Shown here: positions 18,634 to 27,340 of the stretch, one piece after another | Position numbering within the stretch: the stretch's first letter is position 1 | Layout of the letters: every line of letters starts with the position of its first letter | Assembly (NCBI GenBank): GCA_963764165.1 | Contig: CAVXRD010000003.1 | Span: 224,001-288,000 of the forward strand | Direction: 5' to 3' | Source: an uncultured Verrucomicrobiae bacterium | GTDB lineage: Bacteria > Verrucomicrobiota > Verrucomicrobiia > Limisphaerales > Palsa-1400 | DNA: 64,000 bases | Notes under the pieces: model-generated | What the model saw: the letters and a program-made list of their open reading frames with translations, nothing else | Databases searched by the model: none | Told to the model about the DNA's origin: nothing | Made by a program: the position numbers and the translations under genes

Positions 18634-21440
18634 TGCAATCATCCAAGCGTCCACTGTTAAAATTCTTTTTGCCCGCAGCCATGCTGCTCATTTGTCTGGC
18701 GGCCGTCATTTTCGCGCAAACCGCGCCGCCCGATGCCGCCGCGCCAACTCCCCTGCCCGCCATCAACGCCGCGACGACCAATGCCTCCGGCACCAACGCA
18801 GCGGCCGCCCCAACCAACGCTCCAGCCGGCACCAACAGCCCCGCGCCGGAGCCCAAAAAGCTGCCCACCGACATGATCCAGTTGAGTTTCCAAAACATGC
18901 AGATTGACCAGGTCATCCAATGGCTTTCGGAAAACACGGGCAAGAGCGTTGTCAAACATCCAAGCGTGCATAGCCAGGTGACCATCATCTCCACGAAGAA
19001 GGTCACGCGAAGCGAGGCAGTCACCATGGTTTACCGCGCGCTGGATATGGAGGGTTTCACAGCCATCGAGACGGATACATCCATCCTTATCGTGCCGACC
19101 GATCAGGAATCAAAATTGAGCCTGAGTCCGCAACTGTCGACCACGACCAACGCCCTTCCCGGCGGGCATCAACGGTTGGTGCGAGTGTTTCCCCTGAAGC
19201 ATCTTCCGGCCGCCGACATCACTGAGAAGGTGAAAACAGTTCTTTCAAAAGAGGCAGTCGTCGTGACAGATGATCGCGCAAACGTTCTCATCATCACTGA
19301 TTACAACGACAACCTGGCGGTGGCGGCCGCGCTGATCGGGGCTTTGGACGTCGAGAAAAATGAGGATGTGATTGTGCGCGCCATCCCGCTGAAGACCGTC
19401 AATGCCACCGAGGTCGTCAAACAACTCCAGCCGCTATACCAAAAGCTGACCGGACGGCAATCGCGCGAGCTGATCGAAGTCTCAGCCAGCGAGACTGGGA
19501 ACAATATCATGGTGCTCTCGAGCGCCGCCAATTTTAAGGAAATTCAAAGCCTCGTCAATTCGCTTGACACGCAAGACGCCCAGGACAAAATCATGCGCAC
19601 CTTCGAGCTCAAAAACGCGGATGCCGAAGATGTCGCCAAGCAATTGACGGATCTGTCTAAAGATTCGGACAACAGCGGCGGCCCGTATCGGATGTTTTTC
19701 TACGGAGGCGGTGGTGGTGGCGGCAGCAGTAAGAAACTCAGCTTTGTGGCCGACCGCCGCAGGAATGCCATCGTGGTGCAAGGCCCGCCGTCTGTCATGG
19801 AGGGCATTTCCAACACCATCGCGGCCCTCGACCTTCCCGTCAACGATAACAGCCTCGCCCCGAAAATTGTGCCGATTGAAAATGTCAGCGCGGGTGATGT
19901 TGAAGATGTCCTCAACGACCTGTTCCTGAAAAAGACGACGCAGCGCTCCTATTATTGGGACGATACGCCGCCGGAACCGGACAAAAATGTCGGACGCCTC
20001 TACGGAAAAGTCCGCGTCAGCAGCGAAGCCGCCGCCAATGCGCTCATCATCACCGCCAATTCGCAGGAGAACCTGGATGCCGTCATCGCCATCGTCAAGG
20101 AACTCGACAAGCCGTCGTCGGCCGGAGACACGACTTACCACGTCCGCCTGAAGTTCGGAAACGCGCAGAAAATCGCCAATCGCATCAACATACTGTTCGC
20201 CAAGAATGGCTCGCAAGCGTTGCGCCCGGTGAACCAGCCAAATGCCAACGGCGCCAACTCTCAGCCCCAGCAGCCACAAAACACCGGGACGCAAACCACG
20301 CCCTCAGCGGATGATTTTTCGCTGGAACAGGTCGTGAAGGAAGATCCGTATTACTCATGGCTGGGCGGCGCGCCGGATGTCACCGGCCGGAACGGCTCGT
20401 CTAGCAGCTCGACCGAGCGCCCTGTCAGCGACCTGGTCGGGCACGTGCGTGTTGTTCCGGACGAGGCCAGCAGTTCGCTGCTCGTGACGGCCAACGTTCA
20501 TCTGTACACGCAAGTCAGCAAAATGATCGAGGACATGGACGTTCCGCCGCCGCAAGTTCTCATTGACGCGCGGTTGGTCCAGATATCCGCCAACTACCTT
20601 GACCAGATTGGCGTTCGCTACTCACCCAACGGCGGCGAGGTTTTCAGCGGGAACGACTATCAAAATTCACTCATGCCGCACCTCGGCGGGACTTACACCA
20701 AGGGCTTCGGCGGAAATACGACTGTGAACAATGCCGGCTCCGGCTCAACGCTCACCGGATCGGGCATTACCGAGGCGCTGACCAGCATGCGCTCCGGCGT
20801 CCTTGACGGCACGATCAGCATGGATTTCCTCATCCAATTCCTCCAGCAAAAGGCCGACGCCACCATTGTTTCCGAGCCGCAGCTCACCATTTCCGACAAC
20901 GACATGGGAAAGCTTTTTGTCGGGCAATCGGTTCCGATTGTCACCGGCAGCGTGAATCCATCGCTGGGCGGCAGTTCCGCCACGTTCACATATCGCAACG
21001 TGGGCGTGATTGTGGAAGTTGAGCCGCACATCAACGACGCCGGTGATGTTCAATTGCGCGTTCGGGCGGAATCCTCCACGCTCGATCCGGTGCTGATTGG
21101 CTCCAACGCTGTGATTGATTCGGCCCAGTTCCGCACCGAAGTGACCGCCAAAGCCGGCCAGACGCTGGTGCTCGGCGGCATCATGCAAAATCAAACGACC
21201 GACAACATCTATAAAACGCCGATTCTGGGAGACATCCCTGGACTGAAATATCTTTTCAGCAAGCACGACAAATCCATCAAGAAAACGGAATTATTGGTCT
21301 TCCTGCGCCCGAAGGTGGTTCGCACCCCTGAGCAAGCGCGCCTGCTTCTGGAAGAATCCCGCAAATCGATGCAGATGATCTACGACTGGGAGAAAAAAGA
21401 AGACAAACGCCTGAACCAAGACAAGCCGCCGACCCAGTAG
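18633..21440 (+). CDS. gspD: Secretin GspD
   Basis: Signal peptide, multiple N-domains (DDRANVLII, ADRRRNAIVV), QVLIDARLVQI, GQTLVLGG, PILGDIPGLKYLF, TELLVFLRP. Confidence 0.95.
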   Translation: MQSSKRPLLKFFLPAAMLLICLAAVIFAQTAPPDAAAPTPLPAINAATTNASGTNAAAAPTNAPAGTNSPAPEPKKLPTDMIQLSFQNMQIDQVIQWLSENTGKSVVKHPSVHSQVTIISTKKVTRSEAVTMVYRALDMEGFTAIETDTSILIVPTDQESKLSLSPQLSTTTNALPGGHQRLVRVFPLKHLPAADITEKVKTVLSKEAVVVTDDRANVLIITDYNDNLAVAAALIGALDVEKNEDVIVRAIPLKTVNATEVVKQLQPLYQKLTGRQSRELIEVSASETGNNIMVLSSAANFKEIQSLVNSLDTQDAQDKIMRTFELKNADAEDVAKQLTDLSKDSDNSGGPYRMFFYGGGGGGGSSKKLSFVADRRRNAIVVQGPPSVMEGISNTIAALDLPVNDNSLAPKIVPIENVSAGDVEDVLNDLFLKKTTQRSYYWDDTPPEPDKNVGRLYGKVRVSSEAAANALIITANSQENLDAVIAIVKELDKPSSAGDTTYHVRLKFGNAQKIANRINILFAKNGSQALRPVNQPNANGANSQPQQPQNTGTQTTPSADDFSLEQVVKEDPYYSWLGGAPDVTGRNGSSSSSTERPVSDLVGHVRVVPDEASSSLLVTANVHLYTQVSKMIEDMDVPPPQVLIDARLVQISANYLDQIGVRYSPNGGEVFSGNDYQNSLMPHLGGTYTKGFGGNTTVNNAGSGSTLTGSGITEALTSMRSGVLDGTISMDFLIQFLQQKADATIVSEPQLTISDNDMGKLFVGQSVPIVTGSVNPSLGGSSATFTYRNVGVIVEVEPHINDAGDVQLRVRAESSTLDPVLIGSNAVIDSAQFRTEVTAKAGQTLVLGGIMQNQTTDNIYKTPILGDIPGLKYLFSKHDKSIKKTELLVFLRPKVVRTPEQARLLLEESRKSMQMIYDWEKKEDKRLNQDKPPTQ

Positions 21441-21503
21441 CAGCCGGGCGAATGATTGGCGGGACCAATCCAGCGGGCGCGCCACTGGGTTATTTGGTGA
21501 TTA

Positions 21504-22256
21504 ATGAAATCATACTCCACTCGAAACGAGGCATTCACTTATGTGGAGTTGATTATTGTCGTTGCCGTGGTGCTTGTCCTGCTGAGTTTGATTCGCACCT
21601 TTCACTTCGCGACGGCGCGCTCACCACGGATAGCATGTATAAACAATCTAAAACAGATCGGCACCGCCTATCGCATTTGGTCAAACGATCATAACGATCG
21701 ATATCCCGCTTTGGAGCCTGTGACCAACGGCGGCTGGAGCGACTTCCTGAAAAAAGCCAATGAAGGATACTCGTGCTGGATAAATTATGCAGTCATGTCC
21801 AACGAACTTGGCGAATCCACAAAGGTTCTCGTCTGTCCCGCCGATGAGCGCAAACCCGCCGGCGAATTTAGCAATTTCACTTCAAACATACATCTGTCAT
21901 ATCTTGTCGGGGCCAGCGCGGACGGCACCTATCCCCAATCACTGCTTAGTGGAGACCGCAATTTAGGCGCGGGAACCAATGCTGACAAAGATTTCGGTTT
22001 TTCTCCAGACGATGGCAGGGGAAATGATGTTTCCATAGCGACAAACTCCAAGTCTGGCCCGGTTTGTTGGTCTTTGCGAATGCATTCAGGAGGCGATTCC
22101 GCTGGCGCGGGAAATATCCTCATGGGAGATGGAAGCGCGCAGCAAGTCAGCTCTGGCAGCCTGCGCGTCAATTGGCAGCCTCACTTTGAACCGACTACAA
22201 ATTGGCCCACCGGCCGCATTCCCCTGTCCCCTTCCATCCGCGTCCTTTTTCCATGA
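21504..22256 (+). CDS. Prepilin-type N-terminal methylation protein with H-X9-DG-like C-terminal motif
   Basis: AFTYVELIIV, CINNLKQIG, VCPAD, H...GNILMGDGSA. Confidence 0.88.
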   Translation: MKSYSTRNEAFTYVELIIVVAVVLVLLSLIRTFHFATARSPRIACINNLKQIGTAYRIWSNDHNDRYPALEPVTNGGWSDFLKKANEGYSCWINYAVMSNELGESTKVLVCPADERKPAGEFSNFTSNIHLSYLVGASADGTYPQSLLSGDRNLGAGTNADKDFGFSPDDGRGNDVSIATNSKSGPVCWSLRMHSGGDSAGAGNILMGDGSAQQVSSGSLRVNWQPHFEPTTNWPTGRIPLSPSIRVLFP

Positions 22257-22335
22257 TCTGAACTGGTGTCCATGCCCAGCTTGATGACTTTGAGCGCAAC
22301 GCGCCACCGCACCGGCTCCGTTTGTTCCGGGACAG

Positions 22336-22362
22336 TTGACAATAGATAGCATCTATTCATCA
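22336..22362 (+). promoter_or_regulatory. -35 box plus palindromic operator of the decayed parD-like gene
   Basis: TTGACA (22336-22341) followed by ATAGAT-AGC-ATCTAT (22342-22356). Confidence 0.5.
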
Positions 22363-22470
22363 ATGAGGACGATGAATATCGCGTTGACCAACGCTTTGAA
22401 GAATTGATCGCGCAATTGATTGCCAGCGGGCGTTACAACAATTCCAGCGAGGTGGTTCGCGCTGGCTTTG
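22363..22470 (+). pseudogene. Frameshifted, truncated ParD-like (ribbon-helix-helix) antitoxin
   Basis: MRTMNIALT, frameshift, RFEELIAQLIASGRYNNSSEVVRAG; SGRYNNxSEVVR is typical of ParD-type antidotes; no toxin follows. Confidence 0.75.
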
Positions 22471-22517
22471 CCGAGGCGGGTCCGAACCCGGCGGTCGTCA
22501 AAAGCCATCCAGATCGC

Positions 22518-23399
22518 GTGGCCCGCGCTCCGTTGGTCAGCGTGTTGATCTGTTCCAGCCAGAGGGCAGGCCGTCCCGCGCGCGATGCTGAAAATTCCGC
22601 TCCTTGGAAGCTTATAAGAAGGAATCGACGCGGAGGTTTTACGTTTGTTGAATTGCTCACGACTATTGGCGTCATTGGAGTGTTGGCCGCACTTGTTCTC
22701 GCGGCCTTGTCGAGAGCGAAAGCTCAAGGTCAAAGCGTTGTGTGCAAAAACAACCTGAGTCAGACCGGACGGGCTTTGGAGATGTTCCTTTCTGACAATA
22801 ATAGTTATCCCTCCGCTTGGGACGACCAGAATTCAATGAAAATATGGGAAGATCAATTAGGCCCTTACAATCCTCTCGTGTGGACGAACGTTTCCTGGCA
22901 CTGCCCAGCGTATATCGCCAACCGCGGCGTTGTCGGGCGGTTCCCTGATAAGCTCAACTCGTGGCTATGGACAAGTTACTCCTACAACAGCTTCGGCATC
23001 GGAGGCTGGCAAGGCAGCCGGAATCTCGGCTTGGGCGTTATCCCCCGCAACACTCCACGCGAGCAGCAAGTCGTGGCGCCGGCGGAGATGTACGCGATAG
23101 CGGATGCCAGAGAGCGTTTCGTTCCGGGCACGGACTACATAGGCGGCACGCAATGGATGGATCCCTATAACACGCTTGGCGTCGGCGGAATTCAAGGCGC
23201 TGGCGGCACAGTTCACGCGGCGGAGGAAGCCCCACCCCACGCTCAGGGCTACAATATGCTCTTCTGTGACACGCATGTGGCTTTGGTCAAGCGCAAGGAT
23301 TATTTGTATCCCCCGCGAACAGCGTCCCACTGGAACCGCGACAACCAACCGCATCCAGAAGCGTGGCCTGCCACCAATCAATGGGCCGTGCAAAACTAA
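22518..23399 (+). CDS. Prepilin-type N-terminal methylation / H-X9-DG-like protein (start uncertain)
   Basis: GFTFVELLTTIGVIGVLAAL, ALSRAKAQ...CKNNL, WHCPA, SYSYN, PHAQGYNMLFCDTHV. Confidence 0.85.
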   Translation: MARAPLVSVLICSSQRAGRPARDAENSAPWKLIRRNRRGGFTFVELLTTIGVIGVLAALVLAALSRAKAQGQSVVCKNNLSQTGRALEMFLSDNNSYPSAWDDQNSMKIWEDQLGPYNPLVWTNVSWHCPAYIANRGVVGRFPDKLNSWLWTSYSYNSFGIGGWQGSRNLGLGVIPRNTPREQQVVAPAEMYAIADARERFVPGTDYIGGTQWMDPYNTLGVGGIQGAGGTVHAAEEAPPHAQGYNMLFCDTHVALVKRKDYLYPPRTASHWNRDNQPHPEAWPATNQWAVQN

Positions 23400-23447
23400 G
23401 GCGGCAACATTATTATTGTCCCCTTTCGGGCTCCGGCAGACATTCAT

Positions 23448-25106
23448 ATGCAAATGCAGTTGCCGGATGACATGGAATTGCTGGAGGAATACGCGTTGCG
23501 CGGGGCGGAGGACGCCTTCGCCGCGTTGGTCTCCCGGCATGTCAACCTGGTTTATTCGGTCGCGATGCGGCAACTCGGAAATCAGCACGACGCACAAGAG
23601 GTGACTCAAGCGGTCTTCATCATTTTGGCGAAAAAATCCAAGTCCCTGCGGCGTGAAGTCGCACTCGCCCGGTGGTTGTTTCAGACTGCGAGACTTACGG
23701 CGGCGAATTACCTCAGAAGCGAAATCCGGCGAATCCATCGCGAACAAGGAGCTTGCATGCAATCCACTTTGCACGAAACGGACGATGCCTCGTGGAAACA
23801 GGTGGCTCCTTTTCTCAACGATGCCATCGCCAGCCTTGGCGAAAAAGATCGCAACGCCATTGTGCTTCGATACCTCCAAGGTAAGAGTTTGAAGGAAGTT
23901 GGCGTGGATTTGGGCTGGTCCGAAGAGGCCGCCAAGAAGCGAGTTTCGCGAGCGGTGGAAAAGCTGCGCCATTTCTTTGGCCAGCGCGGCGTGACACTTT
24001 CAGGCGCGGCGGTAGCCGGATGCATCACCAACCACTCGGTGAAAGCGGCGCCAGCGGGACTGGCGGTTCTAGCCACCGCCGCCGCAATCAAAGGAACCAC
24101 CGTGACGGCGTCAACAACCACCATGGTAAAAGGAACATTGAAATTTATGGCATGGACAAAGGCAAAATTTGCGGTGGGCGCCGCCGTCGCGGCATTGGTG
24201 GCGATTCAATCGTACGAAATGGCGAGGCAGAACAAACAATTGGCGGTGTTGCGCGAGCAAGCGCAAGCGCAAAGCGCGAAACCCGCCGCCGAACCAGCCG
24301 AGGCGGACAACCTTGAATTGGGGCAGCTTCGCGCAGAGAATGTGACTTTGAGCAACGAGGTTTTTATGCTTCATAAAAAATTGGCGATTGCAAGGTCATC
24401 GGTGGCAGCACCGCCGATTGCTGAAGCCAAACCAGCGGCAAACAATCCTGTCGAGGACGTTGGCCGTCAACTGGGATTAGCCGTCGCTTCCGGCGAGCCA
24501 CAGTCGTTGGAAAAATTGCGGGCGCTTGCCAAGGCGGAGGTAGAGTCGTTTAACTCCAAAAGCGTCGGAATGAACGACACGGAGCGCGGCGACCTTGCCC
24601 GCGACACCTTTGCTCCGCTCCGCGCCGCTTTTGACGTGCTGACGGAGGAAGCGGTGAAAGGGAATCCGACCGCGCTCCACGCGATCTCAATCGCAATCCA
24701 TTACCCGGAGCTGGAAGGCGACGCGGTTGAAGCGGTTGGCGTCCCCGCCGGAAATGGGGACGAGGCCGCGCTGCAATTGCTGCTCCACCCAACCCAGTAT
24801 CAAATCCTGCTCTCCAGCGCCGTCGGCGCATTAAAGATGGCGGCCGACAACGGAAATCAAAAGGCAATTGATTCGCTGGCCGCAGTGGCCGCCGATCCGA
24901 CCCAACAAGCCTTGTGGTATATGGCAGCGGACGGTTTGCGCAACGCGGCCGCCGCCCAGAATCCGGCTGCGGTCGACGCTCTGGTTGGCATGTCGCGATA
25001 CACGAACCCAAGCGTGCGAAGAGCCGTCATCTCCGGCCTGCAACAAGCATCCGCAAACCAAAATGTCGCCGCTACCGAAGCCCTGCGCCAGATGAACGCG
25101 CAATAA
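23448..25106 (+). CDS. ECF-type sigma-70 factor with C-terminal TM and helical-repeat extension
   Basis: AFAALVSRHVNLVYSVAMR, DAQEVTQAVFIILAKK, WLF (region 2); AIVLRY...SEEAAKKRVSRAVEKLR (region 4); hydrophobic segment then HEAT-like repeats. Confidence 0.9.
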   Translation: MQMQLPDDMELLEEYALRGAEDAFAALVSRHVNLVYSVAMRQLGNQHDAQEVTQAVFIILAKKSKSLRREVALARWLFQTARLTAANYLRSEIRRIHREQGACMQSTLHETDDASWKQVAPFLNDAIASLGEKDRNAIVLRYLQGKSLKEVGVDLGWSEEAAKKRVSRAVEKLRHFFGQRGVTLSGAAVAGCITNHSVKAAPAGLAVLATAAAIKGTTVTASTTTMVKGTLKFMAWTKAKFAVGAAVAALVAIQSYEMARQNKQLAVLREQAQAQSAKPAAEPAEADNLELGQLRAENVTLSNEVFMLHKKLAIARSSVAAPPIAEAKPAANNPVEDVGRQLGLAVASGEPQSLEKLRALAKAEVESFNSKSVGMNDTERGDLARDTFAPLRAAFDVLTEEAVKGNPTALHAISIAIHYPELEGDAVEAVGVPAGNGDEAALQLLLHPTQYQILLSSAVGALKMAADNGNQKAIDSLAAVAADPTQQALWYMAADGLRNAAAAQNPAAVDALVGMSRYTNPSVRRAVISGLQQASANQNVAATEALRQMNAQ

Positions 25107-25190
25107 TCGCGAACAGACGAATGGAAACGGAGCCAGAATGAAATTTCGGCGAACGGGGCCAGCCGCCGGTTCTTCCCGTAAAATAAATAT

Positions 25191-25286
25191 TTGAACAGGA
25201 GAAAGACCGAGGGCGCAGAGAAGGAAAAACGATTGTTGTGGAAACGGGCCGTTTTTCTCCGCGTCCTCGGTTTTCCTCCTGTTCAA
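25191..25286. repeat. Long imperfect inverted repeat (REPIN-like; possible terminator)
   Basis: 25191-25222 matches the reverse complement of 25255-25286 at 28/32 positions. Confidence 0.75.
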
Positions 25287-25360
25287 TTTCCGGCTCGGGC
25301 AGGTCCCCTTTATAGAGCACGCTCCCTTGACCAGTATCCATGGGGTGGCACAGTTGGGAC

Positions 25361-25591
25361 ATGACTGTGCTTTTTCGATGTCGTGTTGAGAAACCGTTGC
25401 TGGCCAAGGCCAATGCCGTGACCAAATCTCTCGGCACTTCCACCGCCGAGATGTTTCGTGTGTTCGTCGCCGAAATTGCCCGCACAGGCAAAGTCCCTGT
25501 TAATCTGAAAGTTTCAGAAAGCGACGCTTTGGTGGACGTCCCGCGGCGCAACAAAATCTGGAGCCAGCTCGATGACGCCCAAAGTTGGTGA
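25361..25591 (+). CDS. RelB/DinJ-like antitoxin
   Basis: MTVLFRCRVEK...KANAVTKSLGTSTAEMFRVFVAEIARTGKVP matches the DinJ/RelB RHH pattern; TTGACC -35 at 25327. Confidence 0.75.
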   Translation: MTVLFRCRVEKPLLAKANAVTKSLGTSTAEMFRVFVAEIARTGKVPVNLKVSESDALVDVPRRNKIWSQLDDAQSW

Positions 25592-25614
25592 GGTTTACAT
25601 TGTGGATTTGGGGG
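25572..25614 (+). pseudogene. N-terminal stub of a MazF/PemK-like toxin
   Basis: ATG 25572: MTPKVGEVYIVDLG, overlapping the antitoxin end; resemblance stops at the stop codon of the convergent gene. Confidence 0.65.
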
Positions 25615-26850
25615 CTAAATTTTCAAAAACAACTTTCGCCGATACATCCACCAGCAAATAAGCCACAGGATTGCCAACATGAAGAGCAACTCCGTTGCGG
25701 GGGCATACGTCTGGCCGAACACATTGTAGATGCCGGAGCCAAAGAAGATTGGGAGCGTGCTAATAATCCAGTCGCCCCAAAGATGATCCATCACATACAT
25801 CGCGATGGAGTTCATTCCCACGACGATGAGCGGAAAAGCCCACGCTCGCCACCCTTTCCAATCCAAAAGCGCATAGAAAGCCGACAAAATTAATAACGAC
25901 CAACCTCCACTGAAGAGAACCCACGACGGCGTCCAAATTCGTTTGACAGAAGGGCAGATCCCGGCCGCGTCGAGGACCAATCCTGCCGCCATGCAACCGA
26001 GGCCAATGATCGTCATCGTTTTGATTTTTTGAAACTGCGCTCCCGGTTGCCGCAAGTATTGTCCGGTCAAGAGCCCAATGATCATCGTGCCAAGAGTCGG
26101 GATGAAGCTAAGCGTCAGGTAGCCGCCTTCGTTGAAGCGGAAGTGCTTTTCCCTCGGAAAAAGATTCAGGAACCATTGGTCAAAGGCTGCCGCCAAATTG
26201 GTGTTCTTGTCCCAATGCGCGGCAAAACCGGTCAAATGCGGCCAGTTCGCCGGAACCCCGACCTTTGAATAATCAAATCCTGGCGACGGGACAGGATAAA
26301 GCGCAAATGCCGCCCAGTAGCCCACTAAAATCAACGCAAGGCTCGCCAATTGAATTGACGGTTTCGCCCACGCGAGCAGGAACAGAAAGAAGTAACCCAT
26401 GCCGATTTGGCTCAATGTGTCCTCAAACGTAAAATAGGTTTGACGGTGGCGCATGGAGCGCAGAAATACGCCAAGAAATGTCAGGGCAACTGACCGCCAA
26501 AGCGCGTGCGCCAGCATCACCCGCCGCGATTGGCCGGTGGATTGGCGTTTCGCGAGCGAAAACGGCAGCGAAACCCCCACTAGAAACGTGAACGAAGGTT
26601 GAATCAGATCCCACAAGCTGCAACCGCGCCATTCGGTGTGTTCGGTTTGGTATCCGAGAATTTGCCAAAGGCGGCTGTCGGGCAGTTTCGCGGCAATCTG
26701 TGAGCTGGCGAGACCATCTGACGCCATCAGGAGCATGACAAACCCCCGATACGCATCCAGCGATAACAATCTTGAGGAGATCGCCGTTCGCGTTGGCGGC
26801 TCGTCCTGAATTGGCATCGCAGACGCGGCGTTGTCAAGAGTGTTGCCCAC
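25615..26850 (-). CDS. DUF5009 / HGSNAT-like membrane acyltransferase
   Basis: RLLSLDAYRG, HTEWRG...DLIQPSFTFLVG, KRIWTPSW, GMNSIAMY, FLKI terminus. Confidence 0.88.
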   Translation of the reverse strand: MGNTLDNAASAMPIQDEPPTRTAISSRLLSLDAYRGFVMLLMASDGLASSQIAAKLPDSRLWQILGYQTEHTEWRGCSLWDLIQPSFTFLVGVSLPFSLAKRQSTGQSRRVMLAHALWRSVALTFLGVFLRSMRHRQTYFTFEDTLSQIGMGYFFLFLLAWAKPSIQLASLALILVGYWAAFALYPVPSPGFDYSKVGVPANWPHLTGFAAHWDKNTNLAAAFDQWFLNLFPREKHFRFNEGGYLTLSFIPTLGTMIIGLLTGQYLRQPGAQFQKIKTMTIIGLGCMAAGLVLDAAGICPSVKRIWTPSWVLFSGGWSLLILSAFYALLDWKGWRAWAFPLIVVGMNSIAMYVMDHLWGDWIISTLPIFFGSGIYNVFGQTYAPATELLFMLAILWLICWWMYRRKLFLKI

Positions 26851-26922
26851 AACCCATCCCTAGTGCAGGGGTGCGCTCTGGCACAAGCAGAATCGACGCA
26901 TTCCGATGGCTTGCCATTCGAA

Positions 26923-27000
26923 TGTTACCGGTTTGTTACCGCCTTGTCACCATTTGTTACCGCTATATCGTTGAGAATCAACGATGTAACCGATGTTACC
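26923..27000. repeat. Phased TGTTACC heptamers plus palindrome
   Basis: TGT(T/C/A)ACC at 26923, 26934, 26945, 26955, 26985, 26994; ATCGTTGA-GAA-TCAACGAT at 26967-26985. Confidence 0.7.
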
Positions 27001-27340
27001 ACTTTTTGGAGATTATATTATTATCTGCACCGAAAGAGGACGATTCCCTTCCCCTGCTCCACCCTTTCTTCGCCTGTTGGTTCAAGAAATGGTCAGGTCT
27101 CGATCTCAACTGGATGTGTAATTCTGCCGATAGCCTCCTAGTACCGCCAATTGAGCGCTTAGAATGAATGAAGTTGAATGCGATAGTCGTCGGTGACCTG
27201 GATGCCGCAGGCAGTTCAATGGCTGGGCCGCTGGCACGGCAGGTGCTGCAATCGGTGGTTGCGATTATGTCCGATACACATCTTAGCAAAGCCGGATCCC
27301 ACGACGCTTCCTCCAACCCGGACCAGGATTCGAGGGAGCT

